Assembly (NCBI GenBank): GCA_963666425.2
Contig: OY762825.2
Location: forward strand, 960,001-1,024,000
DNA from: Bacillota bacterium
Lineage (GTDB): Bacteria > Bacillota > JAAYKD01
Length of the DNA stretch: 64,000 nucleotides
Reading direction: 5' to 3'
Shown piece after piece: positions 28,787-38,192 of the stretch (the stretch's first letter is position 1; each line of letters opens with the position of its first letter). Made by a program: the position numbers and the translations under genes. The notes under the pieces were generated by a model. It searched no databases, was not told where the DNA came from, and was given only the letters and a program-made list of their open reading frames with translations.

Positions 28787-29986
28787 ATGGCTTTAGTGAT
28801 TAAAAGTGCGAATTTATGGGACGGAACTGGGGCAGCGCTGCAGGAGAATATGGGTATTGTGATGGAGAACGGCAAATTTACCCGGATTGCTCCCTGTGCC
28901 GAAGTAATCCCGGCGGAAGGCGATACCGTTATCGATGTTGCCGGTAAGTTTGTCATGCCTGGCATGATTGACTGTCATGTCCATGTTTGCAGCAGCGGCG
29001 AACCCAACGAAGCGGCCACGATGAGAGATGCCAGCGATGGTTACAAGGTGCTGATTGGCACTCAGATGATCCGTCAGGATTTGGAGGCCGGCTTTACAAC
29101 CGTCCGCAATATGGGCACTGAGCATTATTTGGATATGGATTTAAAGAAAGCCTGGTCGGAAGGCCGCATCACTGGCAGCCGGATCATTACTTCCGGACCT
29201 TTCATTACCATGACCGGCGGCCATGGCTGGACCTCCGGATTGGAATCCGATGGAGAAGACGAATGCCGAAAGCATGCACGGCAAGTATTGCGTCAAGGTG
29301 TAGAAGTTGTGAAAATCATGGCGACCGGCGGCGTGATGACCCCTGGCGTGGAACCCGGTTCTCCTCAACTGACCGAAGCGGAAATTCGTGCTGCCGTGGA
29401 AGAAGCGCATAAAGCCGGCCGTAAAACCGCCACCCATGCGCAGGGCACCGAAGGAATCAAGAATGCCGTGCGCGCCGGTATCGACAGTATTGAGCATGGC
29501 ATTTTTCTGGATGAAGAATTGCTGGAAATGATGAAATCCCGCGGTACTGCTTTGGTTCCTACCCTGGTGGCTCCCTGGCACATCAATGACGGCGGTGTTG
29601 CTGCCGGAATCCCGGTGTATGCTGTAGAAAAATCCATGCGCATCGCACCTTCCCATATGAAGAGCTTCCGCATGGCAGTGCAAGCCGGTTTGAAAATCGC
29701 CCTCGGCACCGACTCAGGCACACCGCTGAACTTTCATGGCTGTAATGCGTTTGAATTGCAATTAATGACCGAAAATGGTATGAGTAATGAAGAAGCACTG
29801 TTGGCGGCAACCAAGGTTGCCTCCGAAGTGGTTGACCGCGCCAATCTGATTGGCAGCGTTGAAGTAGGTAAATTGGCTGATTTACTGATCGTCGAAGGCA
29901 ATCCCCTGCAGAACATTCAAGTCTTGGTAGAAAAATCTCATATCAAAACAGTAATCCAAAACGGTAAGGTTGTCCATACCAGATAA
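28787..29986 (+). CDS. Amidohydrolase family (Xaa-Pro dipeptidase-like) protein
   Basis: PGMIDCHVH, TGGHG, KIMATGGV, THA, SIEHG, GTDSG. Confidence 0.87.
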   Translation: MALVIKSANLWDGTGAALQENMGIVMENGKFTRIAPCAEVIPAEGDTVIDVAGKFVMPGMIDCHVHVCSSGEPNEAATMRDASDGYKVLIGTQMIRQDLEAGFTTVRNMGTEHYLDMDLKKAWSEGRITGSRIITSGPFITMTGGHGWTSGLESDGEDECRKHARQVLRQGVEVVKIMATGGVMTPGVEPGSPQLTEAEIRAAVEEAHKAGRKTATHAQGTEGIKNAVRAGIDSIEHGIFLDEELLEMMKSRGTALVPTLVAPWHINDGGVAAGIPVYAVEKSMRIAPSHMKSFRMAVQAGLKIALGTDSGTPLNFHGCNAFELQLMTENGMSNEEALLAATKVASEVVDRANLIGSVEVGKLADLLIVEGNPLQNIQVLVEKSHIKTVIQNGKVVHTR

Positions 29987-29992
29987 AAATAA

Positions 29993-30053
29993 CCGCAGTC
30001 ATCACGTTTGACGGCTTTGCTGCCGTCACAACCGTACTGACTGCGGCTTTTTT
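29993..30053 (+). terminator. Intrinsic terminator
   Basis: CCGCAGTCA...TGACTGCGG stem followed by a T-tract. Confidence 0.65.
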
Positions 30054-30363
30054 GCAATACCGCCGCTCAATTCTTATCCTCTATGCTTTGATGCGCTCGT
30101 TGCTGCCGTCACCTCAAAAGAAAGTCAAAGCAGAGAAGCAGCTTTTTTCAACTGTCAGCCCTAGCCGTAAAATCTTCTTTGCCGATCTTTTGTAGATTCC
30201 AAAATGAAGTAGAATCTTTTATGATCAGGCGAAAACTGAAAAAGGACTTTTAAGCGGAAGGCAAGAATGTAATCACGATATGTTTAAAAATATGTGATAT
30301 CACATAATGAGCGCTAAAAGATGAGAAAAGCTTGGCTGTTAGTTGCCTAAAAGGAGGGCTTTT

Positions 30364-32037
30364 ATGGAGAAGTTTATTTTCGGTATTCTGGGGGGAGCCA
30401 GTCTGCTCATGATCGGACTCGACATGCTGGGTGACGGTCTGGAGCGAGCAGCAGGTGATTCCATGCGGAAGATCCTGAGTATGTTGACCAACAATCTTTT
30501 TGTCGGTGTTTTGGTTGGTACCTTACTCACCGCCGTCACCCAGAGTTCTACTGCTGTCACCGTTCTGACCGTCGGCTTTGTCAACTCTGGTCTGATGACC
30601 TTAAAGCAAGCGCTGGGTATCATTTATGGGGCAAATATCGGGACTACAATGTCCGGTCAGATCTTACGTTTAAATATTACGAAATATGCTTTACCAATCA
30701 TTTTTGTCGGTGTTATCTTTCAATCGATGGCCAAAAGCCAGAAATTGAAAAACCTCGCCAGCGCAATTATCGGCTTCGGTTTGCTTTTTTTAGGCCTTTC
30801 CACACTGACTTCCGGCTCAAGTTATGTCTCCACCAATCCCGCTCTGAAAGAAATGCTGGTCCGCTATACTGCAAATCCACTTTGGGGAGTGCTGATCGGA
30901 CTGGTTGTCACAGCAATCATTGAATCTTCCGCTGCGGTAACCGGCTTGGTCATCGGTCTTGCTTCCTCCGGTTTGTTAGATTTTTCCGCAGCAACTGCGC
31001 TGATATTGGGCAGCAACGTCGGGACTTGCGTCACCTCGGTGATTGCTTCTCTGCGGTCCAATCGGGCGGCGCAGCGCACAGCGCTGGGCCATACAATTTT
31101 TAATGTGATCGGGGTCGGCACCATGCTGATCATCTACAATCCCATGCTGACCTGGATGGCCTCCACCGCCAACAACATCATTGGTCAAATCGCTAACATG
31201 AACAGTATCTTTAATATTGGCAGTACGCTTATTTTCATCCCCTTTACCGACCTTTTTGCCAAATTGCTGTATAAAATCATACCGGATCGCGAACAGGATG
31301 CCCATCGCATCGTCGGACCGCGTTATCTGGACAAAAATCTATTGGAAAGTCCCGGTTTAGCCCTGCAGGCCATGTACCGCGAATTGGTCGACTGCATCGA
31401 CTTAGCCATCGGTATGTATCGCAAAGTTTATCTTTCCCTGATCAACAATGACAGAAAACCCTTGAGCGAAGTCCTGGATGATGAGGTTGTCCTAAACGAG
31501 CTGCAGGATGAACTCACTCGCTATGTGGTGGAATTCGGTCAGCACGAGCCAACCGAGGACCAAGTAGCGCATATTCCTTCCATTCTGCATATTGCCGGGG
31601 ATGCCGAACGGATCGGCGACCATGCCAAGGAAATGGTTGAACATGCAGAAAAAAAGGTCGACCGCAAACTTGTTTTCTCTGCCATCGCACAGCAAGAATT
31701 GATTGCCATCATCGCTAAATTGGACGATCTCTCGCTGATCGCCAGAGAAACCCTGATTGACCTTGCGAAACCCATTCCCAGCACCATCCGCAGAACTCAG
31801 ACAATTCAATGGGAAATTGTCGTGCTGATTCAAAGCAGCCAGCAAGGACATATTGAGCGTCTGGAAGCCGGTAGCTGTACGGTCAGTGCCGGCATCCTCT
31901 ACATGGATATTCTCTCCCATATTGAGCGGATCTCCGAACATTTGATGAATATCGTGCAGCGCGGTCCCGGTGATGTGCTGCGCTACAATGCCTTACCCAA
32001 CAGAACACCAGCCAGCTATCATCTCGACTCGATCTAA
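30364..32037 (+). CDS. Na+/phosphate cotransporter with PhoU domains
   Basis: QSSTAVT, GANIGTT, GSNVGT repeats; ERIGDHA and ERISEH PhoU motifs. Confidence 0.9.
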   Translation: MEKFIFGILGGASLLMIGLDMLGDGLERAAGDSMRKILSMLTNNLFVGVLVGTLLTAVTQSSTAVTVLTVGFVNSGLMTLKQALGIIYGANIGTTMSGQILRLNITKYALPIIFVGVIFQSMAKSQKLKNLASAIIGFGLLFLGLSTLTSGSSYVSTNPALKEMLVRYTANPLWGVLIGLVVTAIIESSAAVTGLVIGLASSGLLDFSAATALILGSNVGTCVTSVIASLRSNRAAQRTALGHTIFNVIGVGTMLIIYNPMLTWMASTANNIIGQIANMNSIFNIGSTLIFIPFTDLFAKLLYKIIPDREQDAHRIVGPRYLDKNLLESPGLALQAMYRELVDCIDLAIGMYRKVYLSLINNDRKPLSEVLDDEVVLNELQDELTRYVVEFGQHEPTEDQVAHIPSILHIAGDAERIGDHAKEMVEHAEKKVDRKLVFSAIAQQELIAIIAKLDDLSLIARETLIDLAKPIPSTIRRTQTIQWEIVVLIQSSQQGHIERLEAGSCTVSAGILYMDILSHIERISEHLMNIVQRGPGDVLRYNALPNRTPASYHLDSI

Positions 32038-32060
32038 ACTTTAATTGAACTGCTAAAATC

Positions 32061-32107
32061 AAACAGCCTGCCGACGATTCGCTTCGCAATCGTCGGCAGG
32101 CTGTTTG
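32061..32107. terminator. Bidirectional terminator between convergent genes
   Basis: AAACAGCCTGCCGACGATT/AATCGTCGGCAGGCTGTTT. Confidence 0.8.
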
Positions 32108-32111
32108 ATTT

Positions 32112-33050
32112 TCAGAACATTTTTCGCTTGTAAAGCCGAATAGCACAGGCTCCACTCAAAAAAGTGGCAGCCAAAACAATCAGCCAGAAGGAATACGGTG
32201 AAGCGGCAAAAGGTAAATACTCCACATTCATGCCGTAAAAGCTGCCGACAATCGTTGGTACCGAGAGTACGATCGTGATCGCAGCCAAAAAGCGCATGAC
32301 GATATTCATATTATTGGAAATAATCGAAGCGAAGGCGTCCATGGTACCGGTGATAATATTGCTGTAAATATCGGTCATTTCGATCGCCTGGCGATTTTCT
32401 ATAATGACATCCTCCAGGATCTCAGCATCTTCGGGATAATTCTTGACTTGTTCATGCCGAGTCATTTTTTCCAAGACCACTTCGTTGGACTGCAAAGCAG
32501 TGGAAAAATAAACCAGACTCTTCTGCAGTGCCATCATGCGGTATAATTCTTTATTCTCGGTCGAAGCATGCAAGGCATCCTCAATCTCATGGCTTTGTTT
32601 GGAAATCAAACGCAGATAATGCATAAAGCGTGAATCATTGCGATACAGCATCTGTAAAATCGTCCGTGTTTTGTAGGCGGTCTGGATATTGCGTACTTTG
32701 CCGTTAATAAAATCGTCCAGGATCGTACCGTTATACAAGCAAACCGTCAGCAGCGCTTTCGGTAGAATAATCATGGCAACCGGGATGGTAGTAAAGACAC
32801 CGACCTCCGCATCCGGTTCCTGAAAAGGCGTATCCACAACGATCAAAGTCTGCCCTTCATCGGTTTCAATGCGGGCACGTTCTTCATCATCGAGCGCTGC
32901 CCTTACAAATTCGGGTAAAACATCCAAGGCCTCACAGGTTTGGCGAATTTCTTCTTCTGTGGGACTCACCAGATGCACCCAACAGCCTTTTTCCTGTTCC
33001 TGTAATGTGATCAATTGACCATTCTCATCGGTTTTAAAAATCGTGATCAT
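32112..33050 (-). CDS. corA: CorA-family Mg2+ transporter
   Basis: YGMNV signature with two C-terminal TMs; ATG 33050 behind AAGGAG. Confidence 0.9.
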   Translation of the reverse strand: MITIFKTDENGQLITLQEQEKGCWVHLVSPTEEEIRQTCEALDVLPEFVRAALDDEERARIETDEGQTLIVVDTPFQEPDAEVGVFTTIPVAMIILPKALLTVCLYNGTILDDFINGKVRNIQTAYKTRTILQMLYRNDSRFMHYLRLISKQSHEIEDALHASTENKELYRMMALQKSLVYFSTALQSNEVVLEKMTRHEQVKNYPEDAEILEDVIIENRQAIEMTDIYSNIITGTMDAFASIISNNMNIVMRFLAAITIVLSVPTIVGSFYGMNVEYLPFAASPYSFWLIVLAATFLSGACAIRLYKRKMF

Positions 33051-33092
33051 TTCTGTCAGCTCCTTTTTTGCCTGCAAAAAAAGAGTGCCGGA

Positions 33093-33197
33093 CTAAGCCG
33101 AAAAAACAGATTGATCGGCAGCGGTTTTCATGCAGAATTTATTTTGTTTTAGAAGTATCCTGTGTATAGGGCAACTACTTCCGGGGTCGCCATCCAT
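33093..33197 (-). CDS. Putative 34-aa leader peptide (uORF) of corA
   Basis: GGAGGTGG RBS, then MDGDPGSSCPIHRILLKQNKFCMKTAADQSVFSA; stop lies inside a hairpin followed by T7. Confidence 0.55.
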   Translation of the reverse strand: MDGDPGSSCPIHRILLKQNKFCMKTAADQSVFSA

Positions 33198-33366
33198 TCA
33201 AACCACCTCCGCTGTTAGTGTAACGCAACAGATCAGAAAAAGCAAGAAAAAAATTGAAAATCGACGAATATTTTTTGGTTTAAGCCGGTGGGGAGCGATT
33301 AGCGCTGATTTGCTCGCTTGATTTCACGATAGCAAGCTCTCAGCCGAGATTCTTGCCTTCAGTAAA

Positions 33367-33400
33367 AAAGGCAGATCGAAATTACTTTCGATCTGCCTTT
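33367..33400 (-). terminator. Intrinsic terminator
   Basis: AAAGGCAGATCGAAA/TTTCGATCTGCCTTT. Confidence 0.75.
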
Positions 33401-33403
33401 GGT

Positions 33404-34555
33404 TTATTTCTCTAGCTGCATCACTGCGCAGACACTGTTAAGAAAGAGTGTCATGCCCAAATCAATTCCTTCAATCTGCAGCCATTCGTCGGTGCGATGC
33501 GCATTGCCACCATAGGCACAGCCAAAACAAACAGCCGGCACATGATAAGACATGGCCACATTGGCATCCGTACTGCTGGCGCTGGTCTCAATACTCAAAC
33601 CAAGCTGCGCCAACTGCTGTTGGATGGTAACAACCAATGCATGGTCGGCAGCAGTCTCCCCGCCGGGACGATCGCCTTTCAGAATCACTTCTACCTCAAC
33701 ACCGTCCGCTTTTTGAACCTCCGTGATGATCGTTCGCACTTCGGCTTCCACTGCTTCCAAAGCCGTGCGCTGCGTCGAACGCATATCGATCAGCATGCTG
33801 GCCTCTGCTGCAATCGTATTGATCGAAGTGCCGCCTTCAATTACACCAACGTTATAGGTGGTTTTCGGATTTTGCGCGACTTTGATTTCCGCAATCCGTG
33901 CGATCATCTTACCCAAAGAATGTACAGCACTGGGGACGCCAAAATCACCGAAACTATGGCCGCCACCGGTCTTTATTTTCACCTGCAGTCTGCGGCTGGT
34001 GATACCGCCATTGGTCACACCGCCCAAAGCGCCGTCAATCACCAGCACGTAATCCACTTGCTGATGATAGGTTTTCATGGCTTCCTTCATGCCTTTTAAA
34101 TCGCCAAGACCTTCTTCCCCGGAGGTGGCGACACAAAGCAGATCACCGGGCAACTGGATCTGGAAGGCTTTCAGCGCTTCAATCAACCAAATCATGCTGG
34201 TGACACCAAATGAATTATCCCGGATACCGGGCGCATACAGCCTGCCGTCTTTTCTGGTGACTGTGAGATCGGTCCCACGCGGAAAAACGGTATCATGATG
34301 CGCTGCCAGCATCACAACCGGACCTGAACCGCTGCCGGGATACCAGCCAATCACATTGAGTGCGCTGTCGATTGAAACATTCTGCAAACCAAGCTGAGTA
34401 AAGCGTTCCTGTAAATAAGCAGCGCGGTCTCCTTCATCCCAGCTGGGAGAAGGGACAGAGCAAATACCGATATCCTCTTGCAGCATCTCTTCGACATGAT
34501 CTAAAAACCATTGCCTTGTTTGTAATAACTGCGGATATTTTCGAGAAAGTTCCAT
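33404..34555 (-). CDS. M20-family metallopeptidase/hydrolase
   Basis: AHHDTV, PGIRDN, GEEGLGDL, GGHS, STDAN, NAH. Confidence 0.88.
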   Translation of the reverse strand: MELSRKYPQLLQTRQWFLDHVEEMLQEDIGICSVPSPSWDEGDRAAYLQERFTQLGLQNVSIDSALNVIGWYPGSGSGPVVMLAAHHDTVFPRGTDLTVTRKDGRLYAPGIRDNSFGVTSMIWLIEALKAFQIQLPGDLLCVATSGEEGLGDLKGMKEAMKTYHQQVDYVLVIDGALGGVTNGGITSRRLQVKIKTGGGHSFGDFGVPSAVHSLGKMIARIAEIKVAQNPKTTYNVGVIEGGTSINTIAAEASMLIDMRSTQRTALEAVEAEVRTIITEVQKADGVEVEVILKGDRPGGETAADHALVVTIQQQLAQLGLSIETSASSTDANVAMSYHVPAVCFGCAYGGNAHRTDEWLQIEGIDLGMTLFLNSVCAVMQLEK

Positions 34556-34615
34556 GTTTGATTCCAGCCTTTCCTTTTGATTTGATATCTGCCTCGGCGT
34601 TTCAAAAAAAGCCAG

Positions 34616-36262
34616 CTAGATTCTCGGTTCTGCTTTCTTCTTTTCCTCCGCTTCGGATGATTCCTGCGCATTCATTGGCTCTTCTGTTATCGCAGAGGCG
34701 GACGCTGCGGCTGCTGCGAGACAACCCGGATAGGCAGCATTCTCCTCCGTCTCAGTCAGCGGCAAAGCTTCTGCTGCCGTTTCCAGTTCCTGTAAAGGTT
34801 GTTCCGGTAATGCCGCCATCACAGCTCGTTCCTCTGCCCAAAGGTGTAAAGCCAACATATATTCGCTCATAGTGCGGGAGAGCGGCACTGTCTTTTCGAT
34901 ACCTGCCAGCAAATCCTGTTGATCCAACTGCCTGTTGGCATCGAATGCTTCCACCATACCGGTAATCACAGCTTGTTCAATTTCTGATCCGCTGTAACCT
35001 TCCGAAGCATCAGACAAAGTCCTTAAATCAAATTCACTCAAAGTTTTTCTGCGTTTGCTCAAATGAATTTGGAAAATATCCATTCTTTCCTGTGGCTGCG
35101 GTAAATCAACAAAAAAGATTTCGTCGAACCGACCTTTCCGCAGTAATTCCGGTGGCAGCTTTTCAATTGCATTGGCGGTAGCAAATACAAAGACCGCCGT
35201 CGTTTTCTCCTGCATCCAAGTCAGGAACGTGCCGAAGACTCTGGCACTGACACCGGAATCACCGCTGCCGCCGGTACCGGCCAGACCCTTTTCAATTTCA
35301 TCAATCCATAAAATACAGGGAGCGATCGCTTCGGCTGTTTGAATTGCCTTGCGCATGTTTTCCTCTGACGAACCCACAATTCCGGCAAAAATCTTACCCA
35401 TATCGAGGCGCAGCAGCGGTAGTTGCCACAATGCAGAGGCCGCTTTGGCGCACAGGCTCTTACCGCAGCCGGGAATACCGGTCACCAGCACACCTTTGGG
35501 CGCCGGTAAGCCAAAAGCCTTGGCTTCATCGGTGAAGGAGCGCCCGCGTTTGCGCAGCCATTCCTTCAATGCGCCCAAACCGCCTACCGCTTCCATTCCT
35601 TCTGTGACCGGATAATAATCCAGAATACCAGTTTTACGAATAACCTGCCGTTTTTCTTCTAAGATTAAATCAATATCCGCTGCGTCCAGCACCCCATCGG
35701 TGACAACCGCCTTGGAAAAAGCATTTTCAATCTCATCCAAGGTCAATCCCTGTGCTGCTTTCACCAGCTTTTCCCGTTCCGCCGTGGATAAATTCACCTT
35801 ATATTGATGTTCTCCTTGTTGCTGCACCACTGTATCCAGCAGGGTATTGATTTCTTCTTCGCCGGGTAAAAAGAAATCCACCACGGTAACAACCTTCTGC
35901 AATTCCACCGGGATGGTCAAGGTAGGACTGATTAAGATGATCGTCTTGAAATCCTGCTTGATCACACCAGCCAGATTTTTTAGTTTTCTGACGGTTACAT
36001 TGCGTGATTCCAGGAAAGGATGAAAATCCAAAAAACAAAAAATAGCCGGACGGTTAAATTTTTCCACAAATTCCAAAGCCGCCAAAGGTTCGACCGTGTT
36101 CGGTACCGCTGCCAACCCCCTGCGGTACAATCCGGTCGCGACAGTCCAGGTATAGACAACTTTGGCGATCGGTCCACTGCTTGCCACTTCCTGTATGGTA
36201 TCGACAATGCGTTTTTCTTCCCAGGAAGGGACATACAACAAGGGGTAACGGGCTTTGATCAA
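34616..36262 (-). CDS. Ycf46-like AAA+ ATPase
   Basis: N-terminal ARYPLLY..EE.R; GIPGCGKS, WIDEIEK, LRKGRFDE; frame stays open upstream to an ACG at 36295. Confidence 0.88.
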   Translation of the reverse strand: MIKARYPLLYVPSWEEKRIVDTIQEVASSGPIAKVVYTWTVATGLYRRGLAAVPNTVEPLAALEFVEKFNRPAIFCFLDFHPFLESRNVTVRKLKNLAGVIKQDFKTIILISPTLTIPVELQKVVTVVDFFLPGEEEINTLLDTVVQQQGEHQYKVNLSTAEREKLVKAAQGLTLDEIENAFSKAVVTDGVLDAADIDLILEEKRQVIRKTGILDYYPVTEGMEAVGGLGALKEWLRKRGRSFTDEAKAFGLPAPKGVLVTGIPGCGKSLCAKAASALWQLPLLRLDMGKIFAGIVGSSEENMRKAIQTAEAIAPCILWIDEIEKGLAGTGGSGDSGVSARVFGTFLTWMQEKTTAVFVFATANAIEKLPPELLRKGRFDEIFFVDLPQPQERMDIFQIHLSKRRKTLSEFDLRTLSDASEGYSGSEIEQAVITGMVEAFDANRQLDQQDLLAGIEKTVPLSRTMSEYMLALHLWAEERAVMAALPEQPLQELETAAEALPLTETEENAAYPGCLAAAAASASAITEEPMNAQESSEAEEKKKAEPRI

Positions 36263-36287
36263 AACAGAAAAAGCCTCTCTGTTGATT

Positions 36288-37061
36288 TTATTCGTAACGA
36301 TCCTTCCTTTCTTCTTCCGGCAGTGCGGATTTTTTCAGAATCAGCCGCTGCATCAATTCTGTCATCTCTTCCTGAAGATCAGCCAATGACCAATGAGCAA
36401 CTCTTTCTAAGCTAAATTCCGGATAGCGATATTGAAATGTTTTTGGCGCCACATGGAAAACCATGCCGATGCCTTGGCTCAAATAACTGTAAATCGCCGC
36501 TGGCGCGGTTTCACCCAGCATCTGGCGGCGTAAGATCTCTTCTACCTCCGTCTGTCGAAAAGCAATGCCATTCTCCTGCAGAAAGGCAAGATGATATTGC
36601 ACCGGCTGATGCCACTCGGGCAACAAAAAGCTGCTGAGTTTCAGATCCGGCTGAACCGGACGCTGTTTGAAAGCCAAATAAATCACCGGTGCCTGACCGA
36701 CAGTCGAGGGAAAACGCAGTACCAAACCTCCAGCCGGTTCCAGGACACGTGTCATCTTTTCTTCATCAATAAAACGCAGCAAATTTTGCTCGGATCGGCT
36801 GACATGCAGCGGAGAAAAATCCTCCAGATCATAACCGGTTGCCGTCAGCGGTACTCCGGCCTTTAAGAAAACACTGATCAAGTTATATATGGAAATCGCC
36901 TCAATTCGGGTAACACTTCCCTCTTGCACCCCGGCAACCTGCAGAATCGCTTCTGCATCCCGGCGGATTTCCATTCGCTCCTCAATAGAATAGGTGACAT
37001 CTTCCCGCACAGCCAATCGCTCCTTTGTTCGAATTTTTATATCCGGGAAGGAAGAAGCCAA
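36288..37061 (-). CDS. Hypothetical protein
   Basis: 257-codon ORF abutting the AAA ATPase; no motif recognised. Confidence 0.65.
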   Translation of the reverse strand: MASSFPDIKIRTKERLAVREDVTYSIEERMEIRRDAEAILQVAGVQEGSVTRIEAISIYNLISVFLKAGVPLTATGYDLEDFSPLHVSRSEQNLLRFIDEEKMTRVLEPAGGLVLRFPSTVGQAPVIYLAFKQRPVQPDLKLSSFLLPEWHQPVQYHLAFLQENGIAFRQTEVEEILRRQMLGETAPAAIYSYLSQGIGMVFHVAPKTFQYRYPEFSLERVAHWSLADLQEEMTELMQRLILKKSALPEEERKDRYE

Positions 37062-37123
37062 CCCGGCTAGAATTGAATAAGAGAATTACACATTTTAAAT
37101 AAAAGGATAAAGGTTGATATCTC

Positions 37124-38041
37124 ATGCAAATTGCTCGCTTAATCCCCACTGATCTTCGCTTGGAACCTTTGCTCGGGGAAATCGCTGCCACTCTGGATCA
37201 TACTGTCTACAACAAAACGACCACGCTCAGTAATTTACGGGATTTGATCCAGAGTTACCAAGGTCTGGTTGTCTCAGACAGCAGTAAAATTTACGCTTTT
37301 CTTATCTATCATTTAAAGGGATCGGTTTGTTTTCTCGACTTTGCCTTCGCCGGAGCCTATCAGACACGTAAAGCGATGCTGAATCATTTAATTGCGGCAC
37401 TCAGCCGTTTGAGCAAAGACGATCCGGAAATCGACACCATCCGCTGTGATTTTATCCCTTGGTTTGCCGATGCTTTGCCGGAAGCATTGCTTGCCAATCA
37501 TTTTCTGCTGAGTCCCCGGCTTTTGATGCGGGCGGATGCTCCTTTCCGTTTTCCGGTTGAAGCAAATCCAGACCGATCCATGCTGCCTTGGCAGCCGGAA
37601 TATCATCAGCAGGCTGCTCAATTGCTGGCGCAGATTTTCAGCGGCAGTGAGGAGAGCCGCTGGGATTCCTCCATTCGCAGCACGGCAGGCTGCCGTCAAT
37701 TTTTGGCAGAAACCTACAGCGGCCGCTTTGGTATTTTCGATCCGGGTATTTCCACTTTGCTGCGCTATCAGGATCAACCGGCAGGGCTGGCCTTGTGCTC
37801 CTGGGGAGAAGAGGGTGACGGCTTTATTGCAGCCTTCGGTGTACTGCCTCAATTTGCCGGGCATGGCTTGGGCAGCAGCTTATTGCGTCATGTTCTGCAC
37901 GAATTCGATGCCATGCTGGCTCCGGCGGTAGAATTGGCTGTTAGTCAAAGCAATGAAGCGGCAGTCCGTTTGTACACCTCTCATCAATTCGAGATAAAAG
38001 ACAAAGCTTCCTTGTATTACTTTTCGATCGTACGAGATTAA
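37124..38041 (+). CDS. GNAT-family N-acetyltransferase
   Basis: GVLPQFAGHGLG motif A; NEAAVRLY. Confidence 0.85.
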   Translation: MQIARLIPTDLRLEPLLGEIAATLDHTVYNKTTTLSNLRDLIQSYQGLVVSDSSKIYAFLIYHLKGSVCFLDFAFAGAYQTRKAMLNHLIAALSRLSKDDPEIDTIRCDFIPWFADALPEALLANHFLLSPRLLMRADAPFRFPVEANPDRSMLPWQPEYHQQAAQLLAQIFSGSEESRWDSSIRSTAGCRQFLAETYSGRFGIFDPGISTLLRYQDQPAGLALCSWGEEGDGFIAAFGVLPQFAGHGLGSSLLRHVLHEFDAMLAPAVELAVSQSNEAAVRLYTSHQFEIKDKASLYYFSIVRD

Positions 38042-38125
38042 TTTCCTCTTCTCTGGCTTCGCTGTGCAGGAAACGAGCCGGCGATTGGCTGCCAAATCAA
38101 ATCGTCACGGCTGCCTCCGCTGCAA

Positions 38126-38162
38126 AAAGGGTAGATACTGAACTTGCGGTATCTGCCCTTTT
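38126..38162. terminator. Bidirectional terminator
   Basis: AAAAGGGTAGATAC/GTATCTGCCCTTTT. Confidence 0.7.
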
Positions 38163-38192
38163 GCTTGCATCGAAAGCGCCTCGGCGCGGCGG

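Noticed and set aside
33051-33330. M-box (ykoK) riboswitch upstream of corA
   Set aside because: Its conserved motifs were not found; a uORF attenuator fits better
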